Under the pieces are notes generated by a model, which saw only the letters and a list, made by a program, of their open reading frames with translations, was not told the origin of the DNA and ran no database searches. A program made the translations under genes and the position numbers. A stretch of 64,000 bases of DNA from Gemmatimonadales bacterium (GTDB lineage: Bacteria > Gemmatimonadota > Gemmatimonadetes > Gemmatimonadales > GWC2-71-9), in the NCBI GenBank assembly GCA_041615815.1, contig JBFJCP010000017.1:34104-98103 (forward strand), given 5' to 3'. How positions within the stretch are numbered: position 1 is the first letter of the stretch; every line of letters starts with the position of its first letter. This document shows positions 38,973-49,314 of the stretch, piece after piece.

Positions 38973-40097
38973 TTGATCGAGATTGAATCGCCCGTCGAGC
39001 GCGCCCTTCTGGTTGGGGCTCCCCGGCGGGGAACGCCAGATGCCGTACACGCCGACGACCACCTCGACGAGCTCGCCCGGCTTGCGGACACCGCAGGCGC
39101 GACGATTATCGGGCGAACCGTCCAACGCATCGACGCACCCACTCCCAACTACTACGTGGGTGAAGGCAAGGTCCGCGAGATCCGCGAGCTCGCGGAAACC
39201 CGCGGGGCGAGCCTTGCCGTGTTCGACGAAGAGCTGTCGCCAGTGCAGGGCAAGAATCTGGAGCGGACGCTGGGCGTCCGGGTCATGGACCGCTCGGAGC
39301 TCATTCTCGACATCTTCGCCACCCGCGCCCGATCCAAAGAGGCCAAGCTCGAAGTCGAGCTGGCGCAACTCGAGTACCTGCTCCCCCGGCTGGCACGGAT
39401 GTGGGTCCACCTCTCGCGGATTCGGGGTGGCATTGGACTCCGCGGCCCCGGCGAGACACAGCTCGAGACGGATCGTCGGATGATCCGGCGGAAGATCAGC
39501 CGTCTCAAGGAAAAACTCGCGAAGGTAGAGCGCCATCGACAGGTGGTGCGAAGCGGCAGACGTCCCATCCCCACCGCGGCACTCGTGGGATACACCAACG
39601 CTGGAAAATCCAGCCTGCTCCGTGCCCTCTCTGGCGCGAAGACCTTCGTGGAGGATCGCCTGTTTGCCACCCTGGATACGCTCACGCGAGAGATGAGCCT
39701 GGGAAACGGGCAGCGACTCCGATTGATCGACACGGTCGGCTTCATTCGCAAGCTCCCTCACCATCTGGTGGCGAGCTTCCGCGCGACGCTCACCGAAGCC
39801 GAAGAGGCGGACGTTCTCCTCCATGTCATCGACGCATCGCATCCCCAATGGGAGGAACAGGCCGATGTCGTGGACGACGTGTTGGGGAGCATCGCCCTCA
39901 ACGGCCAACCGGTGATTCACGTGTTCAATAAGATGGATCTCGTGACCGAGCCGGAGAGCCTGCGTGCCCGGGTCGCCTCGCGGTACGAACACGCGGTATG
40001 CGTCTCGGCCATCACGAAGGATGTGGGAGAGCTGGTAGAGAAGCTGCAAAGACTGCGAATGCAGCATGCGGACTACCGAATGCAGAAGGCAGAGTGA
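38973..40097 (+). CDS. hflX: GTPase HflX
   Basis: ILDIFATRA, GPGETQLETDRR, VGYTNAGKSS, LFATLD, DTVGFI and NKMD. AAGGAG ribosome-binding site. Confidence 0.96.
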   Translation: MIEIESPVERALLVGAPRRGTPDAVHADDHLDELARLADTAGATIIGRTVQRIDAPTPNYYVGEGKVREIRELAETRGASLAVFDEELSPVQGKNLERTLGVRVMDRSELILDIFATRARSKEAKLEVELAQLEYLLPRLARMWVHLSRIRGGIGLRGPGETQLETDRRMIRRKISRLKEKLAKVERHRQVVRSGRRPIPTAALVGYTNAGKSSLLRALSGAKTFVEDRLFATLDTLTREMSLGNGQRLRLIDTVGFIRKLPHHLVASFRATLTEAEEADVLLHVIDASHPQWEEQADVVDDVLGSIALNGQPVIHVFNKMDLVTEPESLRARVASRYEHAVCVSAITKDVGELVEKLQRLRMQHADYRMQKAE

Positions 40098-40141
40098 CGA
40101 TACTGTGCTCGAGTTTGCTGAATCTCCGATCTGAAATCCGC
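40052..40141. repeat. Degenerate heptamer tandem repeats at the hflX 3' end
   Basis: actgcga atgcagc atgcgga ctaccga atgcaga aggcaga, followed by aatctcc gatctga aatccgc. Confidence 0.5.
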
Positions 40142-40146
40142 GCTCG

Positions 40147-41376
40147 TCACCCCGCACTCGCCGATCCCAGCACCGCCGCCACCCGCCGGGCAAACTCTCG
40201 CGCCGAATAGCGGTCCTCGGCCGTTTGCCGTCCAACGGCCCCCATCGTCCGGAGATGGTCCTGCGGCGTGCTCAACGCCTCCCGCAGCACACGCGCGAGG
40301 GCCTCGGGGTTCCTGGGTTGGACCAACCACCCGCTCGCCGTGCTCCCCGATCCCATGATCTCGATCGGTCCACCCTCTGCGGCGGCCACCACGGGAATCC
40401 CACAGGCCATGGCCTCCAACACGACACGACCAAACGGCTCCGCCCGCGTCGAGTAATGCACGACCAGGTCGAACTCGGGGTAGGCACGCTCGATGGCCGG
40501 CTGGAACGGGAGGAGGTGGATCCGATCGCCCGCTGCCGCGATGCGCTCGTCGAGCTCGGCGCCGAACCGCCGCTCGGCCACGGTGTCGTAGATGCTGCCA
40601 CCCACGAACACCAGGTGCACGGTGGGGAACTCCTCGACGACCGCTGAGAATGCTTCGATCACCTCGAGTTGTCCTTTCCACCGCGCGAACACCGCGGGCA
40701 TGCCGATCAGTCGTGTCTGTGGCTCGAGCCCGAGCGCCGAATGAATCCAGCATGTCGCCGGGCGCGGCGTGAAGCGGTCCAGCTCGACCCCGTTGGGTAC
40801 GACGGTGATCGGCGGATCGGCGGGCCGGCGGCTCGGCCGACCGCCCGCTCTCCGTTCCCCGCTCCCTGCTCCCTGCTCCCAGGCTCTCGCTACCGCCTCG
40901 CTGTTGGCGATCAGGGCCCGCGGCATGCGTCGCGCCATCCAGCGCCAGACGGCACCGCTTCGCGCTGGCGGGAACTCGTGCAGATGCCAGACCACGGGTC
41001 TGAGCCGCGACACGGTTGCAGCCAGGTGCGACTTGAACGCGACGCTGTAGACGACCTGCGCTTCGCGGCAGAAGGGGTGCGCCGCGAGCGCCCGTGCCCA
41101 ACGCCCGATGCCGACGAGCGCGGGTGGGATGGTGTGCCAGTGGCCAGGGCGTTGTGAGGCTCGCAGCATGGCGGCGGGTGCCTCCACGACCTCGGTCTCC
41201 ACGCCCAGACGATTGAGCACGTCGACAAGCGGACCCTGCCGGGGGGAGAGCACGCGGAGAACGAGTCCGTATTCGAAGGCGTGGGTAGCGAGGTCGAGCA
41301 GCACGCGCTCCGTGCCGCCCAACTGGGCGGCGGCCGTGAGCGCCGTCACGCGAACCCCCTGATCGCCGTCAGGCAA
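40147..41376 (-). CDS. Glycosyltransferase family 4
   Basis: LGGTERVL, WHLHE, WKGQ and AEPFGRVVLEAMACG. Start is uncertain (41376 TTG or 41349 GTG). Confidence 0.88.
   Translation of the reverse strand: MPDGDQGVRVTALTAAAQLGGTERVLLDLATHAFEYGLVLRVLSPRQGPLVDVLNRLGVETEVVEAPAAMLRASQRPGHWHTIPPALVGIGRWARALAAHPFCREAQVVYSVAFKSHLAATVSRLRPVVWHLHEFPPARSGAVWRWMARRMPRALIANSEAVARAWEQGAGSGERRAGGRPSRRPADPPITVVPNGVELDRFTPRPATCWIHSALGLEPQTRLIGMPAVFARWKGQLEVIEAFSAVVEEFPTVHLVFVGGSIYDTVAERRFGAELDERIAAAGDRIHLLPFQPAIERAYPEFDLVVHYSTRAEPFGRVVLEAMACGIPVVAAAEGGPIEIMGSGSTASGWLVQPRNPEALARVLREALSTPQDHLRTMGAVGRQTAEDRYSAREFARRVAAVLGSASAG
40808..40880. repeat. Intragenic octamer x4 plus heptamer x5 tandem repeat
   Basis: atcggcgg atcggcgg gccggcgg ctcggccg ... 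cgctctc cgttccc cgctccc tgctccc tgctccc. Confidence 0.7.
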
Positions 41377-42517
41377 GCGCGCGATAGACCGCGGCGGTCT
41401 TGCGGGCCGTTTCCACCCACCGAAAGCGGCGAGCGCGCTCACGTCCTTTTGCCTGCAGTTGCTGCCGCCAGTAATCCTGCGTGACGAGCCGCCGCAGCGC
41501 CGCCACATACGGATCAACCTCTCGGCCGCTCACCACGACGGCCGCGTTGCCCGCTACCTCCGCCAGCCCACCGGCGCCGGACGTCACGGCCGGACACCCG
41601 GAGGCCATGGCTTCGAGCACCGGGAACCCGAACCCCTCGTACAGCGACGGAAAGAGCAACACGTCTGCCGCCCGGTACGCTTTTCGGAGTTCCCCCTCGG
41701 GAAGCGCACCCACCCGGCTCACCTTGTCGTGCAGTCCGCGGTTCGCCAGATCGGCCTCCTGCGCATCGGTGAGCGTGCCTCCGACCTGCAGGAGCCAGGC
41801 GTTGACGCCCGCGTTGCGAAGTCCATCCACGGCGGCAATGACGACCGGGAGATTCTTCCGTGGCCCCACACTGCCCACGTGCAGCACCACGAACGCGTCA
41901 TCCGGGATGTGCCACCGGCGCCGGGTCTCGGTGGGATCCTCGGCGGAGGGTTCGAAGAATGCGTCGTCCACGCCATACGGAATGACGTGGATGTGCTCAT
42001 CCCGTCCCAACCACTCGGCGAGCTCCCCTCGCAACCACTCCGTGGCCACGATCCACGCGTCCGCGAGGCGTAATCCCTCCAGCACGCGTCGCAACAGCCA
42101 ATTGCGGATGCGGGCCCGGAGATCGGTGTCTGGTCGCTGGACGGTGATCACGGGCAAGAGATCGTGTACCGTGATCACGCAGGGGTGCGCGCGGCGATTG
42201 TGAAGCATGTGGGCGTACGAATGATCCAGCACGTGGAAGACGTCCGCCCGTGCGCGCCGCACCCGACGGGGATAGAGCGCGTAGCGCGCGACGTATCGTT
42301 GGATCTCCGCCAGTCCCGAGGTGGGAAGGACGGGGCGCACATCGGGTCTCGACGGCCGGCTGTTGTTCTGTTCGGTGAGACTCGCGATCTCACCGGCCAA
42401 CTGGACATCCAGGTCGGTGGCGTACTGGCGGAGCGCTCGCGAAAGGCGAGACGCGTACCGGTCCATCGATGGCCACCGCTCGATGGGGAGGTCGGGGACG
42501 AGGAGGATCCGAGTCAC
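41369..42517 (-). CDS. Glycosyltransferase family 4
   Basis: SMDRYA, TVHDL, PRKNL and PSLYEGFGFPVLEAMASG. Confidence 0.92.
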   Translation of the reverse strand: MTRILLVPDLPIERWPSMDRYASRLSRALRQYATDLDVQLAGEIASLTEQNNSRPSRPDVRPVLPTSGLAEIQRYVARYALYPRRVRRARADVFHVLDHSYAHMLHNRRAHPCVITVHDLLPVITVQRPDTDLRARIRNWLLRRVLEGLRLADAWIVATEWLRGELAEWLGRDEHIHVIPYGVDDAFFEPSAEDPTETRRRWHIPDDAFVVLHVGSVGPRKNLPVVIAAVDGLRNAGVNAWLLQVGGTLTDAQEADLANRGLHDKVSRVGALPEGELRKAYRAADVLLFPSLYEGFGFPVLEAMASGCPAVTSGAGGLAEVAGNAAVVVSGREVDPYVAALRRLVTQDYWRQQLQAKGRERARRFRWVETARKTAAVYRALA

Positions 42518-43089
42518 TTCCGGGCAACGAGATCGAACTCGAGATACCACGCCGGCCTGAGCCAAACCAGGCGGTGCTCATACCAATCCGGCCAGCGGTT
42601 AGCGACGCGGCGCACCAGGGAATCGATGATCCCGCCGTGGAACCGCAGGGTCCGGCGAACGATGCCGAATCGCGCGGCCGAATAGTAACTGAGTTCGTGT
42701 CCCTCGAGGAAGTAATCGAACGAGCGCCACCCAAAATGGTGACGATGGGTGGGATCCGTGTAGGAGTTGGCACACGAAAAGTGTGGTGTTGTCACGAAGA
42801 GACGTCCACCCGGTTTGAGCACCCGATAGATCTCGCTCATGACCCCCACGAGATCGTCCACGTGTTCCAGAACATCGTAGCAGCAAACCCGGTCCAGACT
42901 GTTCGCGCGAAACGGCAGGGACGTCGTGGCCTCGAGCACGACGTCCGGGCGAACCGCACGCGATCGGTCCGCGCGGATGGACCCAGGGGCGCGTTCCACC
43001 AGCCCGGCCCCCAAGTCGAGTACTCGTCGAACTCCCGGTCCACCACCGTTCTGATCCGTGCGGATGGACAACGCCGCGGACGTCGTCAT
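42514..43089 (-). CDS. Class I SAM-dependent methyltransferase (type 11)
   Basis: VLDLGAG, DVLEHV, EIYRVLKPGG and DPTH. Confidence 0.88.
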   Translation of the reverse strand: MTTSAALSIRTDQNGGGPGVRRVLDLGAGLVERAPGSIRADRSRAVRPDVVLEATTSLPFRANSLDRVCCYDVLEHVDDLVGVMSEIYRVLKPGGRLFVTTPHFSCANSYTDPTHRHHFGWRSFDYFLEGHELSYYSAARFGIVRRTLRFHGGIIDSLVRRVANRWPDWYEHRLVWLRPAWYLEFDLVARK

Positions 43090-44453
43090 GGCCGATGGTG
43101 CACCGGTAGGGTGCGGTCGTCGTCGAGCATGGCGAGCTTGAACAACGCGCCCGCGAGAAACCACCAAATGATCCCGTGCGGTGCGGCGGACAGGGGGGAG
43201 CCGATCAGTATCAATACGCCGGTCGCAATGAGCAGCGGCCCGATGCCGAGCGCGAGGTCTTGGGCGCTCGATCGGCTGAGGAACCGGGTGGCCCGCGCGA
43301 TGGGGGGCACGATGCCCATCACGATCGCTGCCAACAGCGCGAGACCCACGATGCCCATCTCCACCGCCGCCCTCCCGATATCGCCATCACTGAACACGAA
43401 GTAGCCCTCGGGCTTGGATTGCACGATGGCAAACGGCACGCCGATCCCCGTGCGTCCCAGGCCCAGCCCCACGGGTTGTTCGACGATAGCCGCGGCGGCG
43501 ATACGCAGCGGCTGCGTGAGGTACGACCACAACTCTCCTTCGTTCAGGATCACCGTCGCGTACCGTTCCACGATGCGCCCGGCCGTCAAGATCGTCGCGA
43601 CATGGAGCGCAACGAGGAACAGAGGAATGAGCAGCAGCTGTCTCACGTTGAGCCCCCGGTACCAACCGACGAGCAACAGTCCGAGCAGCAGGATGATGAG
43701 CGCCGCTCGAGTGCCCGAGACCGTCATGCCGATGAACATCAGCGGGATGAGGAGGCCGCAGAGCGCGCGTTGCGTCTTGGTGCGATCTGGGCTCAAGGCG
43801 ATGCCCGCGGCCAGCAGTATCCCGAACACCATCATGCCGGCAAACGGAGCGGGGAACGTGAAGGTCGAGAACGCTCGGAAGTCCGTCGTGCCACCGAGGG
43901 CATAGAGCACGCTCGATCCGTGTCGCGCTCGGGCGAGCTCGCTCACGCCAAGGGCCACGTCCACACCCGTTTGGTACTGCCAGATGCCGTAGACGGCGGT
44001 GATCGCACACAACCCCACGATCAGGGCCACGTACGCCCGGACCTGTCCGCCAGAGCGGATGATCGTGAGCGCCAAGAGCGCCGCCACGGGGAATTCCGCC
44101 CACGCCCTGACGCCCGCCAACTCCACGACGAGGGGCGATCCCGGGTGAAGGAGAAAGAGCAATGGTACGACGATGATGATGAGGAGCACCGCTGGCACCG
44201 AACCGGGCCCGCGAATGGGTGTGCGCCTGAGTGCCAGGGCACCAAACCAAAACGTTGCCGCGAAGACGAAGGCGAGGTCCGCGAGGGCGTAGGGGATGGG
44301 TCCACCAAAGCGGTCTTTGAGATAGCCCTGGAACGTCGCCGCGACGATGCTGGTCATCAGGGCCAAATGCACGGGAGTGTCCCGCCGGAAGATGTCCGTC
44401 CAACGGTTCTGGAGTTCCGCGACCGACTCGTAGTGGGCGCTTATACTGGTCAC
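43086..44453 (-). CDS. Wzy polymerase / O-antigen ligase-like membrane protein
   Basis: YGIWQY, RAFSTF, SGTRAA, PVGLGLG and VEMGIVG, with many TM segments. Confidence 0.75.
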   Translation of the reverse strand: MTSISAHYESVAELQNRWTDIFRRDTPVHLALMTSIVAATFQGYLKDRFGGPIPYALADLAFVFAATFWFGALALRRTPIRGPGSVPAVLLIIIVVPLLFLLHPGSPLVVELAGVRAWAEFPVAALLALTIIRSGGQVRAYVALIVGLCAITAVYGIWQYQTGVDVALGVSELARARHGSSVLYALGGTTDFRAFSTFTFPAPFAGMMVFGILLAAGIALSPDRTKTQRALCGLLIPLMFIGMTVSGTRAALIILLLGLLLVGWYRGLNVRQLLLIPLFLVALHVATILTAGRIVERYATVILNEGELWSYLTQPLRIAAAAIVEQPVGLGLGRTGIGVPFAIVQSKPEGYFVFSDGDIGRAAVEMGIVGLALLAAIVMGIVPPIARATRFLSRSSAQDLALGIGPLLIATGVLILIGSPLSAAPHGIIWWFLAGALFKLAMLDDDRTLPVHHRP

Positions 44454-44502
44454 GCGGTCAGCTCAAGTCTTAAGTCAGTGATTCAATGGCACATAGAAGG
44501 GA

Positions 44503-45627
44503 CTACCCTCCGCCGACACTCCGCAACATCTCAGCGAGCTTGCGGATCTGCTGTGCGGGATCGCACAGTTCGCTCGCTCGTGCTGGGCCGGCCGCCCCGA
44601 GGCGCTTCCGGCGCGCAGGATCTGCGATCAGCGCCTCGAGCACCGCGGCCAGCGCCGGCGCGTCGCCGGGCGGGACCAGAACGCCACAGGCATCCGTGAC
44701 GATCTCCATCGGACCCCCGATGCCGGCACTGACCACCGGCACCCCGCTGTAGAGCGCCTCCACGAACGCGATGCCAAACGGTTCTGGCTCGGTGTTGGGC
44801 TGACAGTAGAGATCTGCCGCCGCCAAAAGACTCGGGATGTCACGTCGATGACCCAAGAACCGCACGCGATCGGCGATCGCGAGGCGGGTGGCGTCGCGCT
44901 TGAGCCCGGTCAGGTAGCGACGTTCCGCACGAGTCGCTGCGCCTCCCGCCATGCAACAGACCCACTCGGGCAGATGACGCAACCGGCCCAAGGCCTCGAG
45001 CAGGACGCGGTGCCCTTTCCACGCCTCCATGCGGCTGGCTTGGAGCATCAAGGTGGATCCGGGTCCCACTCCGAGCCAGGTCCTGGCGGCGTCGCGGCTC
45101 GCGCCCGGACCGGCACTGGGCTTCGCCACCGGCGCATACAACACCGCGTGCTGGGTGTTGGGATAGAGGCGTGCCAGGGATTTTGCCGTGTGTTCGCTGT
45201 TGCAGATCACGAAGTCGGGGGCGAAGCGGCGGGCGAGACGTTGGAGCCAGTGCGCACCGGAGAGCGGGCCGTGCTGCCAGAACACCACGGGGAGACCGGC
45301 CTGCTGCAGGGTCGGGCCGAACATCGCGATCGCCCACGGCCCATGACAGATCGCCACCTGAGCCGGTCGGGTTTTGAGATGGGTCTCGAGGTGCTTGCGT
45401 GCGGCCGTCACCGTCCACGGCTTGCTGAAGCGGGCCGGCCCCAAGAACCACATGGGCGCGTCCTGCGCGCCCAGCTCCCGGGCCAGCCGATCCTCGTAGC
45501 ACAGTGCAAAGGCGTGCGTGACCTGGGGAGACGCGGCGCGTACGTGCGCCAGCGTGACCAGGATCGTCTCGATCCCTCCATAGATGTTCCCGCTGTGCAC
45601 GTGCAGGGCGCGAATGCCGTTGGTCAT
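44503..45627 (-). CDS. Glycosyltransferase family 4
   Basis: GGIETIL, WKGH and PEPFGIAFVEAL. Confidence 0.9.
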   Translation of the reverse strand: MTNGIRALHVHSGNIYGGIETILVTLAHVRAASPQVTHAFALCYEDRLARELGAQDAPMWFLGPARFSKPWTVTAARKHLETHLKTRPAQVAICHGPWAIAMFGPTLQQAGLPVVFWQHGPLSGAHWLQRLARRFAPDFVICNSEHTAKSLARLYPNTQHAVLYAPVAKPSAGPGASRDAARTWLGVGPGSTLMLQASRMEAWKGHRVLLEALGRLRHLPEWVCCMAGGAATRAERRYLTGLKRDATRLAIADRVRFLGHRRDIPSLLAAADLYCQPNTEPEPFGIAFVEALYSGVPVVSAGIGGPMEIVTDACGVLVPPGDAPALAAVLEALIADPARRKRLGAAGPARASELCDPAQQIRKLAEMLRSVGGG

Positions 45628-46703
45628 CGGGCCACGCGCTCATAGACGGCCAATGTTTCCAGCGCCACATCGTCCCAGGTGCGGGCCGCGGCCCGCGCGC
45701 GCGCGCCCTGGGCCAGGCGTTGGCGGAGCGCGGGATCGTGGCGCAGCGCGGCGAGCGCCGTGGCCACGTCGCCCCCCACATCGCCCGGTCCCACGATCCA
45801 CCCCGACACTCCGTGTGTGATGAGCTCGCTGATCCCCGCCGCTTCGGTCACCACCGCCGGGATCCCCAGGGCCATGGCTTCGGCGACGACGAGCCCGAAG
45901 GAGTCGTAGATCGTCGGATGCAGAAGCACGTCGGCGGCGGCATAGGCCGGGCTCGGATCGGTGAGCAGTCCTCGCCAGTGGAAGCGGCCGTCGAGCCCGA
46001 GACTCGATGCCCGGGCCGCGAACGCATCGGATGCGCTCCGGCTCACGACGAGCAGATGTGTTCCCGGTGTCCGTGCCACGGCGTCGAGCGCGGGATCGAG
46101 ACCCTTGCGGGGGTCACCGACGTACAGGGCGAGGAAGGCATCCGCCGGGATGTCGAACATGGCTCGGGCGGCATCCCGCGTCGGCCGCGTAACGGGTGAA
46201 GGAAACGCGTGATGCACGACCGTCACGTCCCCGCGCCGACCGTAGCAACGGTCGAGTTCCCCGCGCACCTTGGCGCTCGGCGCAATGACGGCCGCGGCCC
46301 GCCGATAGAGACGCTGCTCCCGACGTTCCACGAAGCCACCGAGCGTGCGCTCACCCAGCGGCGAGCGGATGCCCGCGTGGGCCGCCGCCTCTCTCCAGGC
46401 CCGGAGCACGATGTGCGCGGTGACGACGTCGGCATCGCCCGTCACCCACCCTTGCGCGTGGACGAGGTCGTGGCGGCGTCGCACCCACGCGAACACCAAG
46501 GGGAAACTCAAGATCGTCGCATATGCCCGTCCGCGGAGCGCCGGGACGGTGACCACCTCGACCCCATCGGGCACGGGGGCGCGAACACTCACTGTGTACA
46601 AGGTGACCTTGTGGTGGCGCGCAATGCGCCGCACGAGCTCCACCGCGTACCCACCGGTCCCCTCCGCGAGATCGTAATGATGAACGGCGATGCCGACGTT
46701 CAT
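45624..46703 (-). CDS. Glycosyltransferase family 4 (WaaG/RfaG-like)
   Basis: GTGGYAVEL and HPTIYDSFGLVVAEAMALG. Confidence 0.9.
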   Translation of the reverse strand: MNVGIAVHHYDLAEGTGGYAVELVRRIARHHKVTLYTVSVRAPVPDGVEVVTVPALRGRAYATILSFPLVFAWVRRRHDLVHAQGWVTGDADVVTAHIVLRAWREAAAHAGIRSPLGERTLGGFVERREQRLYRRAAAVIAPSAKVRGELDRCYGRRGDVTVVHHAFPSPVTRPTRDAARAMFDIPADAFLALYVGDPRKGLDPALDAVARTPGTHLLVVSRSASDAFAARASSLGLDGRFHWRGLLTDPSPAYAAADVLLHPTIYDSFGLVVAEAMALGIPAVVTEAAGISELITHGVSGWIVGPGDVGGDVATALAALRHDPALRQRLAQGARARAAARTWDDVALETLAVYERVAR

Positions 46704-46827
46704 ACGCTCACGCTCGCGGCCATTCTGGTTTCGAACCGCGTGCGGTGCGCCCACCCCATCAGACCGCTGGGGCCGAGGATCGGCTTCCGGGCGTCGGGCA
46801 TGTTCGCGCTCTGTGACTCGGTGGCCT

Positions 46828-48000
46828 TCACGCTTGGACCGGTTTCGCGTGCGCGATTGGTGCCCGAGCACCACCCAGGACCCCCTCCAACGCGCCGAAC
46901 ACTAGATCGCGTTCGTACCGGTCGGCCACTAGCTCCCGGCCGCGCGCGGCGCGCCGCGCTGCCTCGGCGGGGTCGTCCAAGGCTTCCGTCATCACCCGCG
47001 CCAGTTGTGCGTGATCGCCCACCGGGTACGTCCAACCCGTCTCACCATCGCGTACCGTTTCGGTGAGACCACCAACCGCACTGGCCACCACCGGAACGCC
47101 GCACGCCATCGCCTCGAGCGGAGAGAATCCCAAGCCCTCCTCGCGGCTGGCCTGCACACAGAGGTCCGAGGCTTGGTAGTCAAGCGGCAGATGGCGATGG
47201 GGATGAACCGCATCGGTTGCGACCACGCGTTCCTCCAGTCCGTACCGCTTGGCGCGCTCCAGCAGCGTTCGAAAGCCACCACTCCGATGCAGCAGCCAGA
47301 GCGACCTGCCACCCACCTTGAGCATCTTGACCGCGCGGAGCAGGGTGTCCGCGTCCTTCTCCGGTGCCACGCGGCTACTGAAGAACACGACCTGCCCGTA
47401 CTCCGAAAGCCCACGTTCGCGGCGGATATCGAGCTTGGGAGCGGACGGCGGTGCAAAACGGGCGAGGTCCACGCCGTACACCGGAATGACGTGAATGGGA
47501 CGCCGGGTACCGTGGTGCAGGACTACCTGCTCGAGATACGCACTCAGCACGACGTAGCGCTGGCCCAGTTTGGCGTTCCAGCGCGCGAGGATCCTGAGTC
47601 CCATGAGCTCCCGACGGCGGTATGGTCGCGCACGGTCGGGATCCACCTGGCGGCAGCGGTAGTACGCTTCGACTGGGCTACAGACCAGCATCGTTGTGGA
47701 AATGCCGGTGCGCCGCGCGGCGAGGTTCGCCGCCAAGGCCGAGAGCCCGTAGCCTTGAACCAACACGGCATCGTAGCGGTCGCGCGCCGCGCGCAAGTCG
47801 CGGTAGACGGCGCGTGCAAAGGCGACCCGGGACGGCGATCCGACGCGGACGTCGATGGGCGGCTCGGGTGGCTGGCTCACCTCCACGCCCCCATCGATAC
47901 GCCGGGCCAGAACGGTCAGCTGGTACCGCTCCGCGAGCCCCTCCGCCAGCCGCACGTCGGTGCCGCTCTCCACCACGAAACACAGTCTGGTGCGCGTCAC
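46828..48000 (-). CDS. Glycosyltransferase family 4
   Basis: SRVAPEKD and SREEGLGFSPLEAMACG. GTGA overlap. Confidence 0.88.
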   Translation of the reverse strand: MTRTRLCFVVESGTDVRLAEGLAERYQLTVLARRIDGGVEVSQPPEPPIDVRVGSPSRVAFARAVYRDLRAARDRYDAVLVQGYGLSALAANLAARRTGISTTMLVCSPVEAYYRCRQVDPDRARPYRRRELMGLRILARWNAKLGQRYVVLSAYLEQVVLHHGTRRPIHVIPVYGVDLARFAPPSAPKLDIRRERGLSEYGQVVFFSSRVAPEKDADTLLRAVKMLKVGGRSLWLLHRSGGFRTLLERAKRYGLEERVVATDAVHPHRHLPLDYQASDLCVQASREEGLGFSPLEAMACGVPVVASAVGGLTETVRDGETGWTYPVGDHAQLARVMTEALDDPAEAARRAARGRELVADRYERDLVFGALEGVLGGARAPIAHAKPVQA

Positions 48001-49223
48001 GTTTTGCTCGTCGCCACCTGGGTGAACACCTGCTCGAGCTCCGCCACATGTCTGTCGATGTCGAATCGTCGGGCCACGCGGATGGCGCCCTCGCACAGCC
48101 GGGCGTGTGCGGCGCGGTCGTGCAGACAGTGCGTGATGGCGGTGGCGAGGCCGGCAGCCGTCGGTGGGTTGCCCGGCGCGAGATGTCCGTTGATCCCTTC
48201 CTCCAACCACTCCGAAATCCCACCCACATCGAACGCGGCGGCGGGAACGCCATGGAGACCTGCCTCGGGTCCCACTTGGCCAAACGGCTCCGGCCACAGA
48301 CTCGGCACCACCAAGAGATCGGTTGCTCGCATCAGCTCCCCGATGGCTTCCCGGGACAACCAACCGCGAAACGCTACCGACACGGCGCCCCGCGTCGTCT
48401 CGAGGGTTGCCGCCCGTCGCTCCCATGTGGAGCGGTCGGGACCGTCTCCGGCCATCGTGAGGTGGAGGGGAACGCCCAGGTCGTGCGCGGCCAGGGGAAG
48501 CGCGTCGAGCAACGTCCGTCCGCCCTTGAGAAGGTCCATGCGGCCGAGGAACAGGAGACGGTACCCGCCTTCCGATCCGGAGGACCCACCGAGGGCCGGG
48601 TGTGCGCCGGTGTCATCGAACGCCTGCACGAAATGCCGGACCTTGTGCACCTGCTCGGGCGCGAGCCCATGCCTCACAAATTCACGTCGCATGTGCTCGC
48701 TGGCCGTGACAATTGCCGCATGTCGCCGCAGCAAGCGCTGTCGCCGTCCCTGGCGGTGGAACTCGCCCAGCATGGTGAAGGGGTTCAGACCTCCGCATCG
48801 GTGGGGGTAGTAGTGCAGGAGACACGCCCATCCGAACCGCCGCGTGCATGGACGGATCGTGAGAGCCTTGAAGGTCTTGGATCCGCTCACGCAGGTGCCG
48901 TGATAGGCGTGGGCAAAGAGCACGGAGCGAGCGAGCCCGATGGTGGCTTCTTCCACGGCGGGGTCCAACATCTGGTGCAGGAACACCAGGTCGGGGTGCC
49001 ACTCCCGCGCCGCCCGTACCGCACTCTCGAGCCCCATCTCGCCCACGCACCAGGCCGCGTGGTCGTCGGGAAGATCCATCGCGGCGCGATCACCCGGCGC
49101 GTCAATCTCGTGCAGGATGGCCAACTCGTGGCCTCGGGCGGCGAGCCGCGGCGTCAGGTGCCCGAGGTAGATCTCGGCGCCACCCACGAGACGCCGCGTC
49201 CAATTACCGATCAGGAGGCGCAT
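47997..49223 (-). CDS. Glycosyltransferase family 4
   Basis: VGGAEIY, FLGRMDLLKG and PSLWPEPFGQVGPEA. Confidence 0.9.
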   Translation of the reverse strand: MRLLIGNWTRRLVGGAEIYLGHLTPRLAARGHELAILHEIDAPGDRAAMDLPDDHAAWCVGEMGLESAVRAAREWHPDLVFLHQMLDPAVEEATIGLARSVLFAHAYHGTCVSGSKTFKALTIRPCTRRFGWACLLHYYPHRCGGLNPFTMLGEFHRQGRRQRLLRRHAAIVTASEHMRREFVRHGLAPEQVHKVRHFVQAFDDTGAHPALGGSSGSEGGYRLLFLGRMDLLKGGRTLLDALPLAAHDLGVPLHLTMAGDGPDRSTWERRAATLETTRGAVSVAFRGWLSREAIGELMRATDLLVVPSLWPEPFGQVGPEAGLHGVPAAAFDVGGISEWLEEGINGHLAPGNPPTAAGLATAITHCLHDRAAHARLCEGAIRVARRFDIDRHVAELEQVFTQVATSKT

Positions 49224-49314
49224 AGCACTGGGCACTCGAGGACGGAGCGCGACCGCGTGCGCGCACGCGGTACGAGCCTGGGCGTTCCAGCGTTCGGACC
49301 GCGGCTGGCAAGGT

